Positions 1 to 14,474 of a stretch of DNA of 64,000 nt are shown here, in pieces. The stretch is from Paraspadella gotoi (lineage: Eukaryota > Animalia > Chaetognatha). A program made the translations under genes and the position numbers. The stretch covers positions 1,105,218 to 1,169,217 of the forward strand of contig CM119268.1 in the NCBI GenBank assembly GCA_051294375.1, given 5' to 3'. Positions within the stretch are counted from its first letter, which is position 1, and the number at the start of each line of letters is the position of its first letter. The notes under the pieces were generated by a model. It did not search any database and was not told the origin of the DNA. It saw only the letters and a program-made list of their open reading frames with translations.

Positions 1-89
1 GACCGCGTTTACAATAGTGTAACTTCACAGTCTACAGATTTACAGACCACGTTCCGCTTGAATGCATCGTCGGATGAAATTGTACCCAG

Positions 90-163
90 AGTGTCACGTC
101 GAGTGTCACGTCGAGTGTCACGTCGAGTGTCACGTCGAGTGTCACGTCGAGTGTCACGTCGAG
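90..163 (+). repeat. 12-bp tandem repeat GAGTGTCACGTC x6
   Basis: Perfect units visible at 90-163. Confidence 0.95.
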
Positions 164-1072
164 CTTGGGCGGAACAAGACGACGTCACGCGGCCGAACGA
201 CGCGAGACCTAATTATCTTGACACGAGACGCAATTCGACGCCGCGCGACGCCGACGGAATACCGCGCTAAGCAGCGCGACGCCAAGTAGTGCCACGCTAC
301 AAAGCGCGACGCCAAGTAATGCCACGCTACGCAGCATGACGCGGAAGAAATGGCGTGCGACGCAGCGCGATGCCAAAAGAATGCCGCACTACGCAACGTG
401 ACGAATGCTGTCGAGTCCTCCCATTTACGTCTAATACGTTTCCATCGCCGAAAGGTTGTTTTGACATCGTCGTCGTCGTCGTCGTCGNNNNNNNNNNCGT
501 CGTCGTCGTCTTCGTCGTCGTCGTCGAATCGAATGACGAAGAAAAAGCGAAACCTTCGCATCGAATCCGTGACGTCATTTTGTATCGATGACGCGGAATT
601 CCCCGTCACTTTACGTCATCCTGTTTTTTTATTTTTGCCGCGATAACAATAGCGAGAGCGAGACAATAGTTCAACCAGTTTTTACTGCCTTTATTTATTT
701 TTTTTTATTTTTATTTTTTTTTACGATTTACTCATATTACGAAGTAATTCAATTGAATTTTATAAACTTTTACTACTGGATTACTTCTCAATGTCAAATA
801 TAATTTTTACTATTAATCTTTTTGAAGCTAAATTTAATACTATTGCTCCCGAAGAAAAAAACTAACTAACAATTATAAACGAAAGAAAACAAATAAAAAG
901 AAACAAAGAAAAAAAATAAAAGGAAAGGCGAAACTCAAAAATTAAAAAAAGAAAAAAAACTTTTTGGTTCCATCCCAACGTTCGACTTCGAGCGACAGAC
1001 GATTCCATCGAAGCGAGCCTTACTTCGCGTTTTATCGCTTCGCCTTTCGCCATCTAGAGACGGAAGACCCCA

Positions 1073-1196
<124 letters not shown>

Positions 1197-1672
1197 AGGC
1201 CATCAACAAACCTTTCCTCCCTTCCTTCCCCTTCGGCCTCTGATTCACGGGACATGGACCGATTTGAATCTATACAACCCTCGGGACATGGACATGGACA
1301 TGGACACCTGAGATGGACATGGACACGAGACATGGACACGGGACATGGACCTACTTGAATCTAGACAACCCTTTCCCNNNNNNNNNNNNNNNNNNNNNNN
1401 NNNNNNNNNNNNNNNNNNNNNNNNNNNNNNNNNNNNNNNNNNNNNNNNNNNNNNNNNNNNNNNNNNNNNNNNNNNNNNNNNNNNNNNNNNNNNNNNNNNN
1501 NNNNNNNNNNNNNNNNNNNNNNNNNNNNNNNNNNNNNNNNNNNNNNNNNNNNNNNNNNNNNNNNNNNNNNNNNNNNNNNNNNNNNNNNNNTCTCATTCGC
1601 CATCTTGTCTTTCTCTTCTTCCGGTCGTTGGCTTCGTCCTTTCTGTAGTGATCAACGCGATTAAGAGCAATT

Positions 1673-1742
1673 GACGCTCGTGGCGTTAGTGACGCACGTG
1701 GCGTTAGTGACGCTCGTGGCGTTAGTGACGCACGTGGCGTTG
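1673..1742 (+). repeat. 18-bp tandem repeat GACGCWCGTGGCGTTAGT x4
   Basis: Alternating T/A variants give a 36-bp higher-order unit. Confidence 0.9.
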
Positions 1743-3018
1743 TTGGCGAGTTTGACGTAGCGATTTGGCGAAACAAATTATTGTGTCGGAGTCGAAGGAG
1801 GAAATCGTGGTTTCTTCTGGGAGGTCCGAGCAGATTTTCTTTCTCAGCTTGACTCCTAGTCTGTCTATTTTTCTTTATTTCTTTCTTTCTTACTTACTTT
1901 CTTTCTTTCCCCTCCACTTCCACCCGNNNNNNNNNNNNNNNNNNNNNNNNNNNNNNNNNNNNNNNNNNNNNNNNNNNNNNNNNNNNNNNNNNNNNNNNNN
2001 NNNNNNNNNNNNNNNNNNNNNNNNNNNNNNNNNNNNNNNNNNNNNNNNNNNNNNNNNNNNNNNNNNNNNNNNNNNNNNNNNNNNNNNNNNNNNNNNNNNN
2101 NNNNNNNNNNNNNNNNNNNNNNNNNNNNNNNNNNNNNNNNNNNNNNNNNNNNNNNNNNNNNNNNNNNNNNNNNNNNNNNNNNNNTTTTTTTTTCATTTTT
2201 TACGATTCGAGATTTCAAAAAAACGAATTGTCTTTTTTTTCCTTCCGCTTCCTTTTTTTGGCGACGAAATACGGCATCAGATGGTGATACTTTTATACCG
2301 TATTTTGACGACGAAATACGGCATCAGATGTTGATACTTTATTGCCGTTAAAAAGCCGAGATTTACTGTTTTTACGACTTTTAAAACGAATTAAATAAAA
2401 AACTGGATTATGAAATATATATTTAAGTATACAAACGTGTTTTTATAGGAAGGAAATTCCGACGAGTTTCAAGCGAAAAATATATTTATATCGAAGTGTG
2501 GGTCAAATAACCTCGTCCGAAAGGNNNNNNNNNNNNNNNNNNNNNNNNNNNNNNNNNNNNNNNNNNNNNNNNNNNNNNNNNNNNNNNNNNNNNNNNNNNN
2601 NNNNNNNNNNNNNNNNNNNNNNNNNNNNNNNNNNNNNNNNNNNNNNNNNNNNNNNNNNNNNNNNNNNNNNNNNNNNNNNNNNNNNNNNNNNNNNNNNNNN
2701 NNNNNNNNNNNNNGAGAGAGAGAGAGAGAGAGAGACGACGCATGCACCATTTCCATTGTCCAGATCTTTAACTTTCTCTGGATCGAGCAGACCGTCTTGG
2801 ATGTCGTCACCGTCACAAAATCTTGTGATCGCCAAATAATTACTTGTTATGTTAACCCTTTTCATTATACGACACTTCCAATTATACAATTATTGTTCAA
2901 TCTCAAGTCTTGTGCTTGCATTGAATTTATTTTAAACCGTGTTCCGCCTCGTTCCAACATCGAGTGAAAATTTCGCAAAAGCTTCAGGTTTGAAGACCTG
3001 GCTTGACACATGATTTTT

Positions 3019-3079
<61 letters not shown>

Positions 3080-3542
3080 GCGCCATTCTAATTCTGCGAA
3101 AGGTCACGACAGCTCAGAGCGGAATCAATCATTTCTAGATTTTCTTTCCCACCTCGCTATTGGTCCTTTAAATTCCACCAATCAGCGACAAGATTTCAAG
3201 TTTGACGGAATAAGTCGCAAAATAGTGAATAGTGAATATTCATGCCTAAATTTTCTTTGTGATTTTAACATTAGTCTCGATTTGATTTTTCAGGTAAACC
3301 AAACTATTTTTGTCTCCTCATATTTCGAATTACCCGTTTCAATCTGTGGCAGTTTAGCATGACTCCCAAACCATGACTCCCAAACGAATCCAACAAACCA
3401 TCACATTAAGGATACAATCGCTAATCCAGATGACCCTATAGCCAGGTCGATCTGTACAACGTAGTACAATATACAAGTACGCAATAGTTATCGGCATTCA
3501 GAAATCTGCCACCTTTTATTTTCGTTCAAGCTCATCACAATC

Positions 3543-4074
3543 CAATCGCTATCCGCTTAATCAATCGCTATCCTCATAATCAATCGCTATCCCCTTAATC
3601 AATCGCTATCCCCTTANNNNNNNNNNNNNNNNNNNNNNNNNAAATCAATCGCTATCCTCATAATCAATCGCTATCGCCCTTAATCAATCGCTATCCCCTC
3701 TAAATCAATTCGCTATCGCCTTAATCAATCACTATCCCCTTAATCAATCGCTAGCCCCTAATCAATCGCTATCCCCTTAATCGTATCTCCTTAATCAATC
3801 GCTATCCGCTTAATCAAAATCGCTATCCCATTAATCAATCGCTATCCCTTAATCAATCGCTATCGCTTAATCAATCGCTATCCCCTTAATCAATCGCTAT
3901 CCCTTAATCAATCGCTATCCCCTCAATCGCTATCCCCCCCTTAATCATCCGCTATCCCCTTAATCAATCGCTATCCCCTTAATCAATCGCTATCCCCTTA
4001 AGCATCGCTATCCCCTTAAATCAATCGCTATCCCTTAATCAATCGCTATCCCCTTAATCAATCGCTATCCCCCG
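3543..4074 (+). repeat. 19-bp minisatellite TTAATCAATCGCTATCCCC
   Basis: More than 20 imperfect units, interrupted by a 25-N gap. Confidence 0.95.
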
Positions 4075-4398
4075 TTGATTAAAGGCGAAACTGATTAATT
4101 TCCGCGAAAATCATTTCCTCGATTTTTCTCTCTTAAAAATTCCGCGACGGAGGATTTTAGATTAAAATTGCTGGACGGGCTGCGGCGCCGGCTGCGGCGC
4201 TGGCTGCGGCGCCGCAGGGGGGCTCGCTGCGGGGCATTCCATTCCATATGCGAGCTACCTTGCCTCCTAACTTTGGACCGGCTTTGCCATGCCATGCCTA
4301 TTGTGATTCAGAGTTCACGGCTTCATTCCTCTTGAAAGATAATTACGTCGCAGTCTTTCAGTCTTTCAGTCTAGTTTAGTTTAGTTTAGTTTTATATA

Positions 4399-5329
4399 CC
4401 GTTGTTGGAAAATGAATAAGTCGCCAAACTTCTCGATCATTTTAAACATAATCGAAAGAAAAAAATTATATTTCCAAAAAGCTTGGCGATTTTCGATCAA
4501 ATAGAGCCGATTTATGTTAGATTATGATTAAAATTGCCATCAGGGCAGAGGAAAGAAAAGAAGGAGATCGAAAAAAATTTGCTTTCTTTGGCGTATTTCA
4601 GATTTTAATAATTTTTTTCCTTGATTTTTTTTTATTTTACACTGTATTTTTTTATTATGACTCAACGTTGGCATTTTACAAGTGATCAATGTGCATCTAT
4701 AATTGAATTGCACAAAGCGGGTATCAAGAATACTTCCATATCTAAGCAGCTAAGAGTGAATCTTCAAAGTGTGCAGCGGCGTCGGCGAAGCATTGCATCC
4801 TAATTGCATATTGCAGACGGTTAAGCAGCAACCGAAGGTCATGGTGTTCGGTGCAATCTCTTCCCGTCCCAAGTCAAAGTTAATCTTCATTTCGGGACGC
4901 GTTGATGGCGCCAAATACAGAGAAATTCTGGAGGAAGCGAAGATAAAGGAATTCGTCCGAGGTGGAGTTTTTATGGAAGACAACACCCCTCCGCATCGAG
5001 CCAAGGAGACAAATAGGGTTAAACTTCTACCTGACTGGCCTGGGAACTCTCCGGATCTCAATCCGATCGAAAATGTATAGTCAGAGATGAAAAATTGACT
5101 GAGAAACGAACGTCCAACATCTCTGCAAGTCATGAAACGACTTATCAAAAAAGTTTGGGAAAACCTCTCCTTGGAATACCTGCAGTCGCTCTATGAGTCA
5201 ATGCCGAACAGAATAAATGAAGTTGTGAAGAGCAAGGGAGTTCACACTACATTTTTTCTGTTATATTTAAATTTTAGTATACAATTAACTAACTTTAAAA
5301 TTTGGCAACTTATTCATTTTCCAAGATGG
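4399..5329 (+). mobile_element. Internally deleted Tc1/mariner (Tc1-like) DNA transposon
   Basis: Left TIR CCGTTGTTGGAAAATGAATAAGTCGCCAAACTT (4399-4431) versus right TIR reverse complement CCATCTTGGAAAATGAATAAGTTGCCAAATTT (ends 5329); TA on both flanks; transposase remnants inside. Confidence 0.9.
4657..5250 (+). pseudogene. Tc1-family transposase pseudogene
   Basis: N-terminal HTH-like MTQRWHFTSDQCASIIELHKAG...; then TVK..KVMVFGAIS, FMEDNTPPH, DWPGNSPDLNPIENV, LYESMPNRINEVVKSKG; frameshift/deletion near 4785 and stops at 5078 and 5096. Confidence 0.9.
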
Positions 5330-5453
5330 TATATATATATAACATATAGATTGTAGATTTTTGTGTTGCTACTTTTGGATCAGAAAGCGATTATTAATCG
5401 AAAGCTTAAATATGTTCTACGTTTCAATCTGTTGCCAGATCAGAAGTTCTATT

Positions 5454-5512
<59 letters not shown>

Positions 5513-6370
5513 CAGAGAGAGAGAAAGACACAGAGAGAGAGAAAGACAAGAGAGAGAGAGAGAGAGAGAAAGAGAAGAGAGAGAGAGAGAAAGAAGTTTC
5601 TTGTTTTCATAATTATAATTAAAATAGATTTTCTAAAATTTCTAAAATTCTAAAATTCTAAAATTCTAAAATTCTTCGCTTAGATTTTCTGTTTTATAAA
5701 AGAGGAGTGGAAGGAAGGGACAAGGGATGAATTTTAAAGACGAAGATGAATGACTCTGTCTCTCGATAAATGACTCTGTCTCTCGAGTTGTCCTTTTTTT
5801 AAAATTCGTCTGCATCAGAAAATTCGTTTCGGTTCAACTTAAAAATGAAAACCAGTTTTTTTATTTATTTTTTTTAGGGAAGCGAAACTCGTTTTTAACT
5901 TACCCGAGAGTAAGGTTAATTTTTCCAAGCGATCGGAACCAATCGACAACACGAAAGATCGAACGAACTTAAAAAAAACAAAACCAAACCATTTCTCCGA
6001 TTTTGAAAAAACGGAAACAAAAACACACACACACACAAAAAAACAAAAATAAAAAAACCAGAAACAAAAGTGCATCTGGGATTTAAAAGAAAATTTTACT
6101 TTTGTTTTTTTCCTCAACTTAAAAAAAATTCCGATATTTTTGTTTGAGACGAATTTCGGGTTTGAAGGCGCGAAGTCTTTTGAGCTGGTTGAATGCTTGT
6201 TGCATGCTTGTTGCATGCTTGTTGCCATGCTGGTTGCATCGGAAAATAGATTTTTAATTAATCCCGAATTTTCATGATTTTTTTTTTCTTTTTGATATTT
6301 TTTTTGTCAAGTTAAAAAAAAACCAACGTAAAACCAAAAATAACCAACTAGAGCCGATATGTTTTACTTT

Positions 6371-6416
6371 TTATCTATCTTAATCTATTCTATCTAACTA
6401 TCTATCTATCTATTTA

Positions 6417-6448
<32 letters not shown>

Positions 6449-6478
6449 TCTATTTATCTATCTATCTATCAATCTATC

Positions 6479-6518
<40 letters not shown>

Positions 6519-6519
6519 G

Positions 6520-6554
<35 letters not shown>

Positions 6555-6564
6555 GTCTATCTAT

Positions 6565-6622
<58 letters not shown>

Positions 6623-6645
6623 GTCCTATCTATCTATCTATCTAT
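6371..6645 (+). repeat. (TATC)n microsatellite
   Basis: Direct observation. Confidence 0.97.
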
Positions 6646-6777
6646 TAGTCTTGGACTTTCAAAATTCATTGGTTGGAAGTTTCTCATTCATTCTAAAATT
6701 TTCTATGAATGTACATCAACCCACGTTCCGTTTATATATTGTATATATATATAAGAACATGCGCGGTTGAGCCTGAG

Positions 6778-6826
<49 letters not shown>

Positions 6827-6917
6827 GCAAATTTTTCTATTAATGGAAACTTACATTATTTCGTTTCGAATAATTTTTTCTCTGTTTTGGCATTGTACTC
6901 TCTTCTCTCTCTCTCTC

Positions 6918-6948
<31 letters not shown>

Positions 6949-7061
6949 CTCTTTTACACTCCCTTTCGCTCCCCAAAAAAGCTTATTTCCTTAAGACTCA
7001 TTTTTTATTTTCTTCTCAAAGAAAATGGACGAAAAGAGACGAAAAAAAAATCACAAATCAC

Positions 7062-7190
7062 AAAAAACAAGAAGGGTAATTCAAATGTGTTGCGCCGCAG
7101 TGACTGCCTTATCACGTGTATTTCTCGTTACATGACATGACGTGACATGACATAACATAACATGACTACATGACTACAATAACTTTCTTA
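7062..7190 (-). mobile_element. DINE-1/HINE-like element 3' end, copy D
   Basis: Reverse complement reads AGTCACTGCGGCGCAACACATTTGAATTACCCTTCTTGTTTTTT, matching the copy A terminus; adjacent ATGTAGTCATG also shared. Confidence 0.55.
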
Positions 7191-8024
7191 GTAGCCATAG
7201 CCAATGAAATTGAAATGCTAATGTATACAGTGTTAAAATAATCTGTCATGAGCATAGATTATAGTATTAAAATATTTTTTGTCAAAAATTATTTTTTCTG
7301 AGGGGACTAGCCTAATTAAAATTATCATGTTACTATATAAAGAAAAAAATTTTTTTTTCAATCTTAAAAATTTTTGATGGATTGTGATATAGAGCATAAA
7401 AAGTTAAACAATAAATATAATTTCAGCTTTTAAAAATTCTAAAAACCGATAAAATCGCGCGACTAAAAAAGAGAAAAGACTCGGACAATAAATGGTGAAA
7501 GAACCGAGGAAAAAAAACTCCGCTCACAATTCATTCTTTTTTTTTATATCAAAAATTTTTTCGCATTGATTTTCTGTTTGTTATACTAATCAATATCGCT
7601 ATTAATTTTCTTTTTCCTCATATTTTATCGATTTTTTTATGATAAGTTTATAAAAATATGGATTTTTCTTTCAGTTTTCTGCAAAATTCTGACAATTTAA
7701 CAATGAACAACTTTATTACTGTGCCCCTACATTACTAAGGTAAGTTCAATATCATACAGTTTTTTTCTAAACATTACGAAATTAAATTTTAAATTTAATT
7801 TAAATAATTTTTTTAAAATTTAATTTAAATAAATTTAATCGAAAGCGAAATAAAAGTTTTGCACAAAAATCACGAATTAAAAAAAAGATTCTTTCACTGA
7901 AGAGGAGGAGGAGGAGGAGGAGGAGGAGGAGGAGTAAGAAGAGGAGGACGACGAAGGGACAAAACTGTTTTTATTTTGTTTTGATTTTTTCTTCATTAAT
8001 TGCTCGGCGACTGATCTTTCGCTG

Positions 8025-8181
8025 GTTGGCGCGTTGGTGCGTCGGCGTTGGCGTTGGCGCATTGGCGTTGGCGCATTGGCGCATTGGCGTTGGCGCATTG
8101 ACGCATTGACGTTGGCGCTTTGGCGTTGGCGCGTGGGCGTTGGCGCGTTGGCGCGTTGGCGCGTTGGCGTAGGCGCGTTGT
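8025..8181 (+). repeat. TTGGCG/TTGGCGCA degenerate tandem repeat
   Basis: Direct observation. Confidence 0.9.
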
Positions 8182-10310
8182 CGTTTTCTCTCTTGATTAA
8201 ACTCGAATGGACGAAGTTTCTTTTGACGCCAGAAAATGGAGACGAGCGACTTCGACGTCAATGAAATGGAATCGGTGACGTCTCCTCGCGTTGGCGGTAA
8301 ATTGTTCCNNNNNNNNNNNNNNNNNNNNNNNNNNNNNNNNNNNNNNNNNNNNNNNNNNNNNNNNNNNNNNNNNNNNNNNNNNNNNNNNNNNNNNNNNNNN
8401 NNNNNNNNNNNNNNNNNNNNNNNNNNNNNNNNNNNNNNNNNNNNNNNNNNNNNNNNNNNNNNNNNNNNNNNNNNNNNNNNNNNNNNNNNNNNNNNNNNAA
8501 GATTTTTACAGTAGGAACAATGTAAGCGTAAATTTTAATTTGCGGATCTCACCATCGCCGCCCCCCCCTCGCCGCCGCCGAGTCCCTCTGGTGGGAAATC
8601 TATGCAAATGAGATTAACCGAAGAATCTGGGCTCAACCTCGGGCGATCATAATCGTCGTCGTCGTCGTCGTCCTCGTCGTCGTCGTCGTCGTCGTCGTCG
8701 TCAAGTTACGACCCCCTGCTTTTTAAGACCGTGTTTACTATTCTGCAGTATTCACTTAACCTAAATGCCTAACTAATCGCTCAAGTTTACATATTTTGTG
8801 AAGTAAATAAAAAAATACAAATCTTGGTCCCCCCACCCTATTTTGTTTTTGTGAATTTAAATTGCGAGACAAACANNNNNNNNNNNNNNNNNNNNNNNNN
8901 NNNNNNNNNNNNNNNNNNNNNNNNNNNNNNNNNNNNNNNNNNNNNNNNNNNNNNNNNNNNNNNNNNNNNNNNNNNNNNNNNNNNNNNNNNNNNNNNNNNN
9001 NNNNNNNNNNNNNNNNNNNNNNNNNNNNNNNNNNNNNNNNNNNNNNNNNNNNNNNNNNNNNNNNNNNNNNNNNNNNNNNNNNNNNNNNNNNNNNNNNNNN
9101 NNNNNNNNNNNNNNNNNNTAAATTTTTATCATTTTATTATATCTCTACTCTCACGGTTGGCTCTAACACTTTTCTCAGTCTTTTCTTGCCTTTCTTTATT
9201 TACCTTTCCTTTCCTTTCCTTTCCTTTCNNNNNNNNNNNNNNNNNNNNNNNNNNNNNNNNNNNNNNNNNNNNNNNNNNNNNNNNNNNNNNNNNNNNNNNN
9301 NNNNNNNNNNNNNNNNNNNNNNNNNNNNNNNNNNNNNNNNNNNNNNNNNNNNNNNNNNNNNNNNNNNNNNNNNNNNNNNNNNNNNNNNNNNNNNNNNNNN
9401 NNNNNNNNNNNNNNNNNNNNNNNNNNNNNNNNNNNNNNNNNNNNNNNNNNNNNNNNNNNNNNNNNNNNNNNNNNNNNNNNNNNNNNNNNNNNNNTTTCTT
9501 TTCTTAGTAACTTGGTAAGTAAGCGCTCTTACCTTTCTTACTCTCGCCCACTTAAAAACTTCATTCGCTTTACTTCCCCATCATTCTTTTTCTTCCNNNN
9601 NNNNNNNNNNNNNNNNNNNNNNNNNNNNNNNNNNNNNNNNNNNNNNNNNNNNNNNNNNNNNNNNNNNNNNNNNNNNNNNNNNNNNNNNNNNNNNNNNNNN
9701 NNNNNNNNNNNNNNNNNNNNNNNNNNNNNNNNNNNNNNNNNNNNNNNNNNNNNNNNNNNNNNNNNNNNNNNNNNNNNNNNNNNNNNNNNNNNNNNNNNNN
9801 NNNNNNNNNNNNNNNNNNNNNNNNNNNNNNNNNNNNNNNNNNNNNNNNNNNNNNNNNNNNNNNNNNNNNNNNNNNNNNNNNNNNNNNNNNNNNNNNNAAA
9901 ATTCATCTTCCCGCTCCTCCTTTCCAAAGAGATTAAACGCTCGTCTCATGCTGTGGTTTGCAGCTTACGACGACGACGACGACGACGACGACAAAACCTT
10001 GTTATGGGATTTGGTGCCATTTTGGTGCCATTATCGTTAACCCGGACACGAGCGAGAGTTTGTAAGCCGTTTACTTTATTATCATTACAATTCTAAACCA
10101 CGTTTGTGTACATAGTTTTTGGTCTCTCTGCGAAAAAAGGAAAAGAATAAAGTTCTTACAACGAAAACAAGAAAAGGCAAAACATGTCACGTAAAAATAG
10201 AGATTGTTACTCCAGGTTAACCAGTAAAACCTCACAACTAATGTCCTCTAGAAACGTGAGACTCGAATATCGCGAGAAACGAGCGATTTGGCTGATCCAT
10301 TTTACTTCAG

Positions 10311-10632
10311 CTCACAGCCCCGTCGTCTCACAGCCCCGTAGTCTCCCAGCCACGAAGCCTCACAGCCCCGTAGTNNNNNNNNNNNNNNNNNNNNNNNNNN
10401 NNNNNNNNNNNNNNNNNNNNNNNNNNNNNNNNNNNNNNNNNNNNNNNNNNNNNNNNNNNNNNNNNNNNNNNNNNNNNNNNNNNNNNNNNNNNNNNNNNNN
10501 NNNNNNNNNNNNNNNNNNNNNNNNNNNNNNNNNNNNNNNNNNNNNNNNNNNNNNNNNNNNNNNNNNNNNNCCTCACAGCCCCGTAGTCTCACAGCCTCGT
10601 AGTCTCACAGCCTCGAAGCCTCACAGTCACAG
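10311..10632 (+). repeat. 16-bp minisatellite CTCACAGCCCCGTAGT
   Basis: Units on both sides of an N-gap. Confidence 0.85.
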
Positions 10633-13600
10633 CGCATTTGATTAATGACTACGAAAGTCTTCTACGTGCGGTCGACTACCACAACGATGACGACGAAGAC
10701 GACAACGACGACGACAAAAACTAGGCGAAAACGATAACAATGACGACGACGTGACTGATGACGTCAATAACGACCACTTCGATATATTTTCTCGTTGACA
10801 ACGACGACGACAACGACGGCGANNNNNNNNNNNNNNNNNNNNNNNNNNNNNNNNNNNNNNNNNNNNNNNNNNNNNNNNNNNNNNNNNNNNNNNNNNNNNN
10901 NNNNNNNNNNNNNNNNNNNNNNNNNNNNNNNNNNNNNNNNNNNNNNNNNNNNNNNNNNNNNNNNNNNNNNNNNNNNNNNNNNNNNNNNNNNNNNNNNNNN
11001 NNNNNNNNNNNNNNNNNNNNNNNNNNNNNNNNNNNNNNNNNNNNNNNNNNNNNNNNNNNNNNNNNNNNGAGAGAGAGAGAGAGAGAGAGAGAGAAATGGG
11101 AAGCAGGCGAGAGTTTAGTCGCTCGTAAAGGTTTCGTTGTTTTTTCTCGTTGATGGTGCCATTTGTACTTGGATTTGTTTACAGTTTGTTTACAGTTTGT
11201 TTATATAATTTAATTTAATTGTGAACTAATTTAATTAAGATTTGATCGTTTGACCCGATAATTTGTTCATTTGGTTGAAATCTAATAATTGTTGGTTGAT
11301 ACTTACGTAAAGTACTGATTTAATGAAAAAATAATAACCAAAATTAAAAAAATAAATATATGAAGATAGTGAAACAAGTAATTTTGCAACTTTCATAATA
11401 ACCATGATTAAGAAAGAATTTTTGAGAACTACTGTAGACTTGTCTTTCAAACTGACTTCATCTAGTGTAGTCTGCTAATAGTAAATGTTTATCTTTCAAC
11501 AACTGCGGAGATACGAGAAATGGTTTCAGTGAAGAAAAAACATTCCATCTCTTTTAATTCTGTGATCACTGTACATTCTCCATATCCTTCTGTTCCGTGC
11601 GCCAAGATATCCTTATAGCTGCCTCCTCATCTCTCTTCTCGTCTCTCGTTCCCTCCTCATGCCCTCTGCTCTTAATCTGCCTGAGTTCCAGGCTCTTTAA
11701 ATCCTTTCTTCCTGCTTAACTCTCAATCCTTACATTCCATCCGTGCGTCCTCGGGTTCAATCCCTGGGTATCCCGGTTCTGGCTTATAACTGTGACCGGG
11801 CCGGCAAATTATAAACATGCCAGTGACCAGGAGGCGGTCACGAGGGGTCCGCTACCCCTACGCCAGTTGGTTGAGATACCCCGCGTCCCGGGTATCACCA
11901 GGATTATCCTCCCGTTGCCGATACCTTATTCATTTTTCTCTCTGTCTTCCCTCTCTCTCATCTGTCACGCTCTCTCCTCTCTCATCAAAAAGAATCTCAC
12001 TATTTTACAAAGTTGAAGTCAAAGTAGCAGGACGTAATCGAATCCAGATCCTCCCGATGTCTATTATCTTCATGATTCTATTTTCAGTATCTCCGATGCG
12101 ACTTGGGCCTCCGCGACGCATGGCTTAGAACGCCACGCGACAAAAAAATGCGTACAGTCGCTTCCAAATTCTAATGCCGGAGATTGTTGTGAATAAGGGC
12201 GCGAGGAAGGGCTTCGAAGACTTCTTGTTGCCCCTCAGTCTTGCAAATGAACGGGTCCTGGTCTTTGGAAACAAGGCGAATTAGGATCCCGTTCCTCACG
12301 CTTCCTCGTAGTTGTAATCTACTGGTACCATTGGGGATCCGTTCGGTTACCTATATTAGGTCACGAGCTGAGGTGGTATTCTCAAATGAGCCAGACCGGG
12401 TTACGACTAAAAGGCCCGCACGAGCTTATAGGCTGGAGTGTGAACTCTTTATTTTTTCAATTCTCGACTCACAAAGTCTGAGTTATTGGCGCCAACTTCG
12501 GTTGGAATACGAACAAGCAAGCTCACGTATCTCCTGAGAGCTTGGAACCAACAAAAAGGTTGATTGGATCGCCGGCCGGTCGTTTCTCATCGTTATTATC
12601 TTGTAAGAATGATCGGCCAGGTCTTATTTATTTAAATAATCAATAAACCAAGAATCAAGTTATTCAATGCAAGGAAATACGATAATCGCAAATCATGCGG
12701 ATTGTACAAGTTGAGGCATCTCCAATTATGCGCGGAGGCCCATAAATACAAAAGATATCTGCTATATATGACCTTCTTGTGTCCCTTAATTTTTTGTATT
12801 GCATTATAATACTATCCCCAAGATATTTAAAAAAATGAAAATTCGTTTCGCCTCAATTTTCCCTGTTTCTCCTCGATTTTAAAGCAATTTGATGAGAGAC
12901 CCGATAATATAATGTAAAAAATATCAAACTATTTGATAGCACTACGTAACGACTAGAGTTAAATCACTCTTTTTAAGTTAAATATAGTTAAAACAAAGAA
13001 TTTAAACCCGTTTTAGTCCCATAAAAATTTAAAAGAAAGTCTGTTTATATTAAATATTAGTGATCTAAAAAGATAAGTATTTCATAAAAAAATTGTTAAA
13101 AAATTAAGAAAATGGGAAAATTAAGTACCAAGCCACATTCACGCAGTCAATAATCTTTGTATAAGCCTTATAGTTTTTGTAGCTAATTAAAGCTTTATTA
13201 CAGCTCATAATAAATGCTTTACAAAAATATATATCTCTCCCTCACTCTTCCCAATCTGATCGTTACCATATCCCTCACGCCCTCATACTCTCGAACTCTT
13301 CCTCTTCAGTATGGAGATCGCTTCCTCTAATCAAAAACTCGAGATATAAACCAAATCCTCTTATGTATATTATAGATCGTGTTCTTATATATATAGAACT
13401 CCTAGTAATAAATATTATAAGAAATATATACATAATATCACTAAATATCCCATACAATAAATATGATAAAATACATCATACATATAGTAATAAAAAATTA
13501 ATAAATAACTCGCTAGACACATATTTATCAATATTGGATACGAGGCAAACAGTTGTAATTGTGAATACAAGTGAGACGTGACATATTAAATATCAACTAG

Positions 13601-14397
13601 TACTAATTATCATAAAACCTTACCCAATCAAATTTTGACTTTAATCACCATTATTTGTTGGCTCGATTATACGTTAACATAGTCATAAAAACAAGGCTAG
13701 TTAATTCTATTACATATATATTCAAACTTAATTCCTAACCAAGAATGGTAGGTCTGCACGCATGTTGGCGGCGTGTGGGCCAATGGCCTATTAGGGGAGA
13801 AAAAGAGCTCGACGTCAGACGCCGTTGGATTCGATATTGGCATCTGACTTTGGCCCATTTCTCGATAGAAAGGAAGCTCTGATTCACTCAACTCTCAACT
13901 CTCTCTCTCTCTGAAGAGAACTTCGTCTCTGAATCTATGCGGGTCCGGGCGTTTGCAGCAGTCGCTCGTCCAAAAAAAGGTCTCGCTGACTTTATCTCCG
14001 CTGAGTGTAAACGAANNNNNNNNNNNNNNNNNNNNNNNNNGAATCAAGATGAACGTTTCAGTTTTATTTTTCTTAAAATGGGAAATGTTTTTCAAATCGC
14101 TTTATCATTTTTTTTATTATGATCGTAAAAGCAACGCGTCTTTACAGAAGTAGGTAGCTGAACCGTTGCTATATATCTCTGACTTATATGTCCTCGAAGA
14201 AAAATGGCAGAAAATGCGATCAAGCGAAGGAGAATTAGGAAGAGCCAAAGAGATGGATCGAGCAAGGAGACCAAGCATGCGTGCGTTTGTATTTTCTGGC
14301 AGCAAACGAGAACGTGTCTCCAGATCGCGAGGTCTCACTNNNNNNNNNNNNNNNNNNNNNNNNNTGCTTCAGAATAAGAGAGAGAAGAGAGAGAGGT

Positions 14398-14474
<77 letters not shown>

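Noticed and set aside
58-289. Repeat-peptide ORFs (RVSR)n and (ECHV)n
   Set aside because: Translations of a 12-bp tandem repeat; no splice or homology support.
1199-1243. Terminal exon [14 protein letters not shown] after (TC)n-CAG
   Set aside because: Acceptor-like context arises by chance next to TC tracts; the peptide is not recognised.
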